Shown: one piece after another, positions 56,295 through 64,000 of the stretch | Layout: each line of letters begins with the position of its first letter | Position numbering within the stretch: the first letter of the stretch is position 1 | Virus record (IMG/VR): IMGVR_UViG_3300020183_000015 | Coordinates: 32,001 to 96,000 of that record | Origin: a virus | Reading direction: 5' to 3' (one strand) | Length of the DNA: 64,000 nucleotides | Translations under genes and position numbers: made by a program | The notes under the pieces: model-generated | Database searches by the model: none | The model's input: only the letters and a program-made list of their open reading frames with translations | Told to the model about the DNA's origin: nothing

Positions 56295-58136
56295 ATGGCA
56301 GAGAAAAAAATATCCTATACAACTAGAGATTTCCAAGGCACAAGGACCGAGTTAATAAATTTCACAAGAACATACTATCCTGACCTTGTTCAAAATTTTA
56401 ATGATGCCGGAATTTTCTCGGTATTATTAGATTTGAACGCTGCGGTGACAGACAACCTACAATTTCAAATTGACAGAAGTATACAAGAGACCGTTTTACA
56501 ATTTGCACAACAAAAATCGTCAATTTATAACATAGCAAGAACCTACGGTTTAAAAATACCGGGACAAAGACCATCAGTCGCTTTGGTAGACTTTTCAATA
56601 ACTGTTCCCGCTTTTGGAGACAAAGAGGATTTGAGATATTGTGGTATACTCTCAAGAGGGTCACAGGTGAACGGTGCTGGCCAAACATTTGAGACAGTAT
56701 ACGATATTGACTTTGCTTCAGCAATAAACGTTGAAGGAACCCCAAACAGACTTAAAATCCCAAATTTTGATGCTAATGGTAACCTATTGAATTATACAAT
56801 TAAAAAAAGAGAGGTTGTTGTTAATGGATCAACAAAAGTTTTCAAAAGAGTTATCACACCCAACGACATTATACCGTATTTCCAATTATTTTTACCTGAA
56901 AAAAATGTTTTAGGTGTAACCAGTGTGATTTTAAAAGATGGAACACAATATACAACAATTCCACCCGCTCAAGATTTTATAACATTAGGTCCTGATAGAT
57001 TGTATGAAGTGAAAGCCTTAGTCGAGGATAGAGTTTTTGTTGAAGATCCAACCAAACCTTCTGACCAACCAGGAATAAAAGTTGGTAGGTACATATCAAC
57101 TTCTCAAAAGTTTATAACCGAATATACTCCTGAAGGATTTTTAAAAATGACTTTTGGTGGTGGTAATGTATCTGCTGAAGAACAACTAAGAGAGTTCGCA
57201 AGAGACGGAAAAGGAATGGATATATCAAGATACATAAATAACTTGGGACTTGGAAGTGCGCTTAAATCCAATAGTACATTATTCGTTCAATATAGAGTTG
57301 GAGGAGGATTAGCAACAAATGTTGGTGTTGACGCAATAAACCAAATCGGTACCGTAGTATTTTCTGTGAATGGTCCGTCCGAAACCATAAATAGAACTGT
57401 AATCAACAGTCTAAGATGTAATAACGTAACTGCCGCAATAGGAGGGGCAAACGCACCTACTACGGAAGATATCAGACAAATGGTATCCTTTAACTTTGCC
57501 GCTCAAAACAGAGCGGTAACCGTAAATGATTATGAGTCCGTTATTAGAACAATGCCGTCTATATTTGGTGCACCAGCAAAAGTTTCAATAGTTGAAGAAA
57601 ATAACAAAGTTAAAATTAAAATGTTGTCTTTTGATACAAGTGGAAACTTAACAGATGTTATATCTAACACCTTGAAACAAAACGTGGCTAACTACTTATC
57701 TAATTATCGGATGATCAACGACTACATTTCAATTGAAAGTGCTGAACCAATAGACTTAGCGGTTTCGTGTGATGTGGTGTTGGATAACTCACAAACACAA
57801 GGAGCTGTGGTAGCTAAAATCATTGAAATTATATCAAACTATTTCAACCCACTAACAAGACAGTTAGGACAAAATGTTGTGGTTTCAGAACTAAGAAGAC
57901 TGATACAATCTCAAAACGGGGTAATTAGTATTTCTGAAATGAAGTTTTTCAATTTAGTTGGAGGACAATATTCATCATTCGAAACTTCACAAACATATTC
58001 AGATCCAGTAACAAAAGAGATATACTTATATGCTGACGTTATTTACGCCGAACCATCTCAAATTTATCAAATTAGATTTCCAAAAAAAGATATCAACGTT
58101 AGAGTCTTGAATTATAAGACAGTTAGTTTTTCTTAG
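56295..58136 (+). CDS. Baseplate wedge protein (T4 gp6/baseplate J-like)
   Basis: Y..RDF..., A....SI..IAR..G.K, FG.G, Y..GGG...NV, GGA...., QNRAVT..DY. Confidence 0.88.
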   Translation: MAEKKISYTTRDFQGTRTELINFTRTYYPDLVQNFNDAGIFSVLLDLNAAVTDNLQFQIDRSIQETVLQFAQQKSSIYNIARTYGLKIPGQRPSVALVDFSITVPAFGDKEDLRYCGILSRGSQVNGAGQTFETVYDIDFASAINVEGTPNRLKIPNFDANGNLLNYTIKKREVVVNGSTKVFKRVITPNDIIPYFQLFLPEKNVLGVTSVILKDGTQYTTIPPAQDFITLGPDRLYEVKALVEDRVFVEDPTKPSDQPGIKVGRYISTSQKFITEYTPEGFLKMTFGGGNVSAEEQLREFARDGKGMDISRYINNLGLGSALKSNSTLFVQYRVGGGLATNVGVDAINQIGTVVFSVNGPSETINRTVINSLRCNNVTAAIGGANAPTTEDIRQMVSFNFAAQNRAVTVNDYESVIRTMPSIFGAPAKVSIVEENNKVKIKMLSFDTSGNLTDVISNTLKQNVANYLSNYRMINDYISIESAEPIDLAVSCDVVLDNSQTQGAVVAKIIEIISNYFNPLTRQLGQNVVVSELRRLIQSQNGVISISEMKFFNLVGGQYSSFETSQTYSDPVTKEIYLYADVIYAEPSQIYQIRFPKKDINVRVLNYKTVSFS

Positions 58137-58211
58137 TAATTTATTTTTTGAATTACAGACCTACTTTTTGAAAATAGGAAATAAACTATTTATCAAAAAA
58201 CGAAAATTGTA

Positions 58212-61200
58212 ATGCCAAAATCAATTAGAATAAGGACTGAAGTAGGGGTTGACAAATACATAAACTTAGATTTAGAACAAGATTTTGAGTTAATAGAAAT
58301 ATTATCTTTAAAAATTCTTACAAATGATCTCTATACAAGATATTGTTCTGATTATGGTGTAATCGTTGGGCGTGTAAGTGTAAACAACGGTTACGGTGTA
58401 CCAAATGCTAGAGTATCTGTTTTTATTCCATTACAAGGTGAAGATGTAAATAATCCTGTAATTGCCGAATTATATCCTTACGTAAATCTAAGTAGTAGAA
58501 ACGAACAAGGTTATAGATATAATTTATTACCTGAAGAACCTTCTTATATTGGACACCAAGCCACAGGAACTTTCCCAACAAGGGATGATGTTCTAATGAA
58601 TTCATCCTACGTTGAGGTTTACGACAGATATTATAGATTTACAGTAAAAACAAACGAAAGTGGAGACTTCATGATTTTTGGGGTTCCGATTGGAGAACAA
58701 ACAGTTGTAATGGATGTTGATTTATCCGACATTGGTTGTTTTTCACTTTCACCACAAGACTTGATTCAAGAAGGTGTTGCAACCGAATCTCAAGTGGATA
58801 GTGCACAATTTAAAACTTCAACCAACTTAGACTCTCTACCACAAATTGTTAATTTAAATTTCAATGTTGATGTAAGACCACTATGGGGGGATTTAGATTT
58901 ATGTCAATTAGGTATTACTAGATTAGATTTTGATTTAACAAAATTTGCAAACATTGTAATTAAACCCTATGCTGTTTTTATGGGATCTCTTGTGTCGACA
59001 ACTGATGATGATTCTTTGTCAATTGCTTGTAGACCAAAAAATGATACGGGAAACTTTTGTGAGTTAATTGCAGGACCAGGACAGATCTTAGCAATTCGAC
59101 AAACAATTTTTTCAGACCAAACAGGTAAACCTGTTTTAGAAGAATATGTCTTTGAAAATGATGGAAAAATAATTGACAACAATGGTACTTTTGTTGCTAG
59201 CGTACCAATGAATCTCGATTACATAGTAACAAATGAGTTTGGAGATCAGATAATATCTAACGATCCATCGAAAGGTATTCCAACAAAAGGCAAATACAGA
59301 TTTAAGTTTAGATGGATTAACAAAGAAAAAACTTTGTCACTCAACAGATTCCAACAACAAATTGGACAACTGAAAAAAGAGGTAGGTTTATCAGATGATG
59401 AATATAGTGGTCAATATCAAAGAGCATCATTTTTAGTGCCAAATATTAAAGAGTATGGGTGGCAAAACTCAGGAGTTGACCCTCTGACATTACAAAGTCA
59501 AACAGTTACTTACTCAATACCATCACCACCTCCAATTCAACCACCATATCCAGCACAAACAGGACCAACAATTGTTATACCTAACAGTGTTGGTTGGCAA
59601 TTTGTTTTGGCAACTAATAACATCTCTTATGAGATATGGATCGACACTGGATCAGGATTTCAACCTTATTTTGGTGGAGTCGAATCAATTTTTTTACCAG
59701 CGGGTTCCCAAGTTTACATTGTAGGAACTCCTTTGAGTATAAACCCACAGACATTTACTTTTAACGAAATACCACAAGATAAATTTAACCTTTATAGGTC
59801 ATATGCATTTTCATTAGATTGGGATGACTATGCCGATTTTCAGTCGGCAATAGATTGTGAAGATACATTCTATCAATTTAATTACAACAAAGTTTATACA
59901 ACAGCATTATTTTTGGACAGGTATAAAAATGGGTTAGGAAGAGCTAAACATTTGGGTATTAAAGAAATAGATAATAGAACTTGTAAAACTGAAAACAATA
60001 CATTTCCTGTAAACGATATTATAAGAAACTTTGATTTGATATTTTTTGTATTCAATTTACTAATGATAATCATATTACCATTGGCAATTCTCATATTGTT
60101 TTTGGCACATTTTTTAGCTTGGTTGTGGCCATATATTAAAGCCGTAATAGTATTACTTTATATTTTTCTTGTGGGATATCAAGGATATCAAGCTTATTTA
60201 GCATACCAAGATTATTCGGAATGCCAGCAGAGTGCTATTGGAATAGGAGCCGTAAACCCAGCATTAGGTGCCAGCATGACTGCTGCGTGTTTACAACTAT
60301 TCCTTGCGGCATTAGGACAAGCGGCTTTCATGATTGCTGTTGTTACCGCCTTCGGGTTGTTTTTACTAGACGCTATTCGAAGGATAACATTCTTTCCAAG
60401 GATACCACTACCAATGATAAATTATCCAGATTGTGCGGCATGTGAATGTCAATGTGGAACTGCAGAATTGGATGATAATTTTAATATACAATCAGTACAA
60501 GGAGATATTAATAGTGCCGCTGAAGTAGCTTCCCAAACTCTGTCAAACCCTACCAACATACAATTGACAATTTCCGCAGGATTCTTAGCCCCTGTAGGTA
60601 TTTCTGGATCATATACTTCAACACACCCAAATTATTATCAAAATCCTCAGGGATCAACAAACGTTAATGACGGACCTTTTTATTGTGGGTTTCCGTTATC
60701 AGATTTCCAATCAATAGAATATTCTTTACAACAGGGAACAATTGATGGTAACGTCGCAGCTAGAGCCTCTCAAGATTACTTAAGGTTGTTTTCAGGATAT
60801 GACATACTTTCATCTTCGAATACAATAAAAATGACTATTAATGAGAAAGATTTAATACACGCTCCACAACCTTTCTTGTTTGCAGCAAATCAAACTTTTG
60901 GTATTAATCCTGATAGAAGATGGTTTGCATTTCCACTTTCTGAGACTTATCCACAAAGATTAAATCAATTTAATACTAGAGATAAGTATTTTTCAGGTGT
61001 AAATAGAATAAAAACCACCGTAAATCCACAAATTGTAGGATCACAACCTTTTGATGACCAAGTGATAGTGATGTTAGCAAAACCAGAAGTTTCACAACAA
61101 TTAACCCCAGGCAAAGTATTCACATTCCAAAATCCGGATTATTTTGATTTAAATTCACCAATTAGATTGGTTAACCTTACGGGGGCATCTTTTAATGATT

Positions 61201-64000
61201 TTGGAACAAACTCGATCACAGGAGTTACATTTACAGGAACCACTGGTATAACTATCAACTACGCAAACCCTTTAGTACCAAACGGATCGGTAGTCTCAAC
61301 TGCTAACATTTTCTTGACTGCAAATCCTGTTACCCAAGTTGTGTCTTTAGCAAACAATGGACCCACAACGGCAGGCGTCAATGGGTATGAACAATCTTAT
61401 CTTAGATTTCCGACCGACTTGGAATACTTTCAGGCAATCACAGGTCTTACGGTTACTAACTTTTTAAATCAGGCCAGTACCTTTAACTCCAATTTATTTC
61501 CAAAAGGATATTTGTTACATCAAATAAAGTATTTAAGACCCAATTGTGGTTTAGTAAATCCGCCAGGAACAAACTATTTTGTAGAAACCATCACAACACC
61601 AGCATTACAATTAATGCAAAATTTTGGAAACTATGAAGTTATAATTTGTACAAGAGGTGTAGATCCACACTCACAAACACAAAACATACAATACGATCTC
61701 TCAACAATTTTTGGTAATCCATCAAACACTAATGTTGTGGCTGGACCATATTACCCAAATGTTCCAATACAAGCATACCCACCGAGTATTGTGACCAACA
61801 CTTCAGAAAACCCAATTACTCATTATACACCTGATAATAATGGATATGATTTATATTTTCCATCATTATCATTTACAGTATCGCCTCAGTCCGCCATAAA
61901 TCCAAACTACACTGGATTCACTTCGAACCTACCATATTATTATTTGTCAACTGATGATGATTCAATTTATGTTGGAAACACATTTTCGCAACTTTACAAT
62001 CCTGGAGGTTTTAACTCATTCACGACGGGTTTCATTTCACAAAATATGATTTGGGTAAATAGTAATTTTGGAGTTCCATGGAATCCTGTTCCCCCATTAC
62101 CAACAACATATTTTGTTGGGGGATCCTTTATTGGAACAAATCATGACCAAGATTCTGCAAACCTATTTTCACTTAATTATTTCGGTTATTCGACATTACC
62201 CGGATTTTTAAATTTTACCAAAACACAATACTTTTGGCCCCCATTTTCAAATACCCCACTACCATTCCCAAGATTAAACTTCTTATATTCGGCTGCGTAC
62301 TACAAAGTTTATCTCACATCGCCTGTGAATTTTAGTCAAAGAAATTATCATTTGATGAGAAGTGATAGAATTCCTACATCAACAAAAGTACAAAACGGAA
62401 CCGCGGCTGAGAGTGGTTATGGTTTACATCAAAACGACAATTTTTTCTATTATGGTTTTGAAGATGAAGACGCGTCGGTGTACACTACTGGTGGAGATAT
62501 TATTGATGGATCAGGTTTAGATACTTCTAACATTATAACAGCACTTACAGAAACTTTACAATGTGAAGGGATTGTACCTTTATCTTGTTATAGCGGTGAT
62601 GGTTATACTTGGGGTATAATACCTTACAGTAAATGTTCAGTACCGGCAAATATAGTTGTAAATGGTTGTTATTGTCTTTTAAACGAAAAAGATCATCCAT
62701 TAGGCCCACCAATTACAAAAACTATTCTTGGAATTAAGTTTACAATAAGAAAACGTAAATATTTAGTCTACGGAGCATTCCAATCAGATTTAGCATTACT
62801 TTACGAATGGAAGGTTAGGTTTACAATGAATTTTGCTCTTTGTCGAGGAGTATTTGCTCAAGTATTTCAAAACAACTGGGTAAATGGGGTGTTATACATG
62901 TTCTCATTTAATACTAGAAAAATATTTGGATTTGACCCTAATCAACCATTATACAACACTCAATTTTATAAATCATACTGTGATGACGTAATAGTTTATA
63001 ATGATATAACCAACAATTTTTATTATAGATCCTCACCTTGGAACTATGTAATTTCTGAATTCATTGGAAAAAACCCACCCTCAACAAACATGTACCCTGC
63101 ATCTTTATTAAATTTGTTTCCTCCAGGGTATAACAAAAAACAAATACAATTCCCAACAACTGTAGTCGACTTGGGCCCAAGAGATAGTTTTATTAAAGAA
63201 ATTTGTTCTAATCCTGCATTTGGAAGTTACTACGCAGATCAACTTGACACGACATCATACCAAGATAACTCAAACATATTGTTATTAGGGTTCTTATCAA
63301 GATTGTTAAACCAAGAAGTTTCTAACACCATTCAACCATCTGGATCACAAAATGCGCTAAAGGAAGGTTACAGTATCACTCAATTTTTCGATAACAATAG
63401 GCAGTCTGCGAGAATAGATGGTGACATTGCACAAATGTTATCAATAAATTCAGAATGGAAAGTTTCGCCATTTATCACAGAAAATTTAGATCCCGCGACG
63501 GCAAACGATTATATTTTCTTTGGTACAGAAATACCCGGGGCTCCTACCAAACCGGTTTTTGGGGTTTTCTTTTCTTCATCAACACAAGAGTTAAGATATA
63601 GAAAAATTATGTCACCAGGTATTGAAACTTACTCACAAACTCCTTTGATTCAAGAAGTTTTTGGATATCCAAAATCTCAAGAGGTGCCTCATTACAGATG
63701 GCTAATTTCACAAAGTCCTTGGATTTTCGGAACTGAAAATAACAATTGGTATACAGATGTTTTAACTGCAGGTTTTTTCAAAAAACAATATCAAGATTTA
63801 AACTTTTTCTCACTTAATGAAAAATATTTAACACAATATAACCAATCACAAGCTGGATTTGGGTTCATAACTAACTTTGATGGTACAGTTATACCTCCAC
63901 TTCCCGAACCAAAGCCTGCTTTTCCACCGGCAGGGACATCAGGTGTTATACAAGGTCAACCGATTGGGTCACCAACACAAACAACAGGTAAACAACAATC
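58212..64000 (+). CDS. Very large virion-associated protein (partial, more than 1900 aa) with an internal hydrophobic helical segment
   Basis: Absent from the track because no stop lies inside the window. MPKSIRIRTEVGVDK..YGVIVGRV..NNGYGVPNARVSVFIP..TNESGDFMIFGVP (prealbumin/carboxypeptidase-regulatory-like). Frame confirmed by hand at 60000-60460; follows the gp6-like gene. Confidence 0.7.
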   Translation, partial: MPKSIRIRTEVGVDKYINLDLEQDFELIEILSLKILTNDLYTRYCSDYGVIVGRVSVNNGYGVPNARVSVFIPLQGEDVNNPVIAELYPYVNLSSRNEQGYRYNLLPEEPSYIGHQATGTFPTRDDVLMNSSYVEVYDRYYRFTVKTNESGDFMIFGVPIGEQTVVMDVDLSDIGCFSLSPQDLIQEGVATESQVDSAQFKTSTNLDSLPQIVNLNFNVDVRPLWGDLDLCQLGITRLDFDLTKFANIVIKPYAVFMGSLVSTTDDDSLSIACRPKNDTGNFCELIAGPGQILAIRQTIFSDQTGKPVLEEYVFENDGKIIDNNGTFVASVPMNLDYIVTNEFGDQIISNDPSKGIPTKGKYRFKFRWINKEKTLSLNRFQQQIGQLKKEVGLSDDEYSGQYQRASFLVPNIKEYGWQNSGVDPLTLQSQTVTYSIPSPPPIQPPYPAQTGPTIVIPNSVGWQFVLATNNISYEIWIDTGSGFQPYFGGVESIFLPAGSQVYIVGTPLSINPQTFTFNEIPQDKFNLYRSYAFSLDWDDYADFQSAIDCEDTFYQFNYNKVYTTALFLDRYKNGLGRAKHLGIKEIDNRTCKTENNTFPVNDIIRNFDLIFFVFNLLMIIILPLAILILFLAHFLAWLWPYIKAVIVLLYIFLVGYQGYQAYLAYQDYSECQQSAIGIGAVNPALGASMTAACLQLFLAALGQAAFMIAVVTAFGLFLLDAIRRITFFPRIPLPMINYPDCAACECQCGTAELDDNFNIQSVQGDINSAAEVASQTLSNPTNIQLTISAGFLAPVGISGSYTSTHPNYYQNPQGSTNVNDGPFYCGFPLSDFQSIEYSLQQGTIDGNVAARASQDYLRLFSGYDILSSSNTIKMTINEKDLIHAPQPFLFAANQTFGINPDRRWFAFPLSETYPQRLNQFNTRDKYFSGVNRIKTTVNPQIVGSQPFDDQVIVMLAKPEVSQQLTPGKVFTFQNPDYFDLNSPIRLVNLTGASFNDFGTNSITGVTFTGTTGITINYANPLVPNGSVVSTANIFLTANPVTQVVSLANNGPTTAGVNGYEQSYLRFPTDLEYFQAITGLTVTNFLNQASTFNSNLFPKGYLLHQIKYLRPNCGLVNPPGTNYFVETITTPALQLMQNFGNYEVIICTRGVDPHSQTQNIQYDLSTIFGNPSNTNVVAGPYYPNVPIQAYPPSIVTNTSENPITHYTPDNNGYDLYFPSLSFTVSPQSAINPNYTGFTSNLPYYYLSTDDDSIYVGNTFSQLYNPGGFNSFTTGFISQNMIWVNSNFGVPWNPVPPLPTTYFVGGSFIGTNHDQDSANLFSLNYFGYSTLPGFLNFTKTQYFWPPFSNTPLPFPRLNFLYSAAYYKVYLTSPVNFSQRNYHLMRSDRIPTSTKVQNGTAAESGYGLHQNDNFFYYGFEDEDASVYTTGGDIIDGSGLDTSNIITALTETLQCEGIVPLSCYSGDGYTWGIIPYSKCSVPANIVVNGCYCLLNEKDHPLGPPITKTILGIKFTIRKRKYLVYGAFQSDLALLYEWKVRFTMNFALCRGVFAQVFQNNWVNGVLYMFSFNTRKIFGFDPNQPLYNTQFYKSYCDDVIVYNDITNNFYYRSSPWNYVISEFIGKNPPSTNMYPASLLNLFPPGYNKKQIQFPTTVVDLGPRDSFIKEICSNPAFGSYYADQLDTTSYQDNSNILLLGFLSRLLNQEVSNTIQPSGSQNALKEGYSITQFFDNNRQSARIDGDIAQMLSINSEWKVSPFITENLDPATANDYIFFGTEIPGAPTKPVFGVFFSSSTQELRYRKIMSPGIETYSQTPLIQEVFGYPKSQEVPHYRWLISQSPWIFGTENNNWYTDVLTAGFFKKQYQDLNFFSLNEKYLTQYNQSQAGFGFITNFDGTVIPPLPEPKPAFPPAGTSGVIQGQPIGSPTQTTGKQQ

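Larger units (their letters stand above)
2787..58193. promoter_or_regulatory. Dispersed TATTTAT motif upstream of genes (putative phage late promoter); span covers first to last instance
   Basis: Plus strand at 2787, 4808, 7268, 15246, 25206, 27024, 30468, 31378, 32891, 34741, 46742, 48709, 51456, 54998, 55820, 58187; minus strand at 22266, 23398, 26987. Each lies about 4-37 nt before a start codon on the same strand. Confidence 0.7.

Noticed and set aside
2807-58136. Genome-wide stop-codon reassignment (TAG or TGA) to explain the broken LamG gene
   Set aside because: All other long genes are uninterrupted in code 11, and both TAG (9274, 15239, 49962, 58136) and TGA (20802) end genes at plausible C-termini. 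The LamG gene would need both codons reassigned.
1-64000. Host assignment to Bacteroidota from A-rich, SD-less leaders
   Set aside because: Suggestive, but the clearest promoters are TTGACA/TATAAT-type rather than Bacteroidota TAnnTTTG, so the host cannot be called from this window.

Overview
A 64-kb AT-rich segment of a large, T4-superfamily-like contractile-tailed phage (jumbo-myovirus type). No host genes, tRNAs, CRISPR arrays or mobile elements were seen. 1-17.9 kb is an accessory block. It interleaves six to seven glycosyl-/methyl-transferase genes (GT4 + Aah/TibC-like heptosyltransferase + FkbM fusion, GT9-like, GT60 polypeptide GlcNAc-transferase, GT25, TylF + HtrL fusion) with Thr/Pro mucin-like and Gly-Thr-Ser/Asn repeat proteins, a LamG gene broken by three in-frame stops, and a Nal1-like serine protease. 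18-58 kb holds DNA polymerase B, neck/tail genes (neck, terminator, sheath, tube, tail chaperone with a probable +1 frameshift, tape measure, large baseplate proteins), a HEXXH-SOD fusion, a SNF2 helicase, and a replication block (SSB, RecA/UvsX, 5'-3' exonuclease, DnaB-like helicase, class II RNR), then gp25/gp6-like wedge genes. A >1900-aa ORF runs off the right end. The best candidate for an undescribed system is a phage-encoded, mucin-like virion protein glycosylation apparatus sitting beside its putative substrates. A recurring TATTTAT upstream motif (reverse complement of the T4 late promoter core) and sigma70-like promoters suggest two expression classes. All product calls come from motif recognition by eye, with no database searches.
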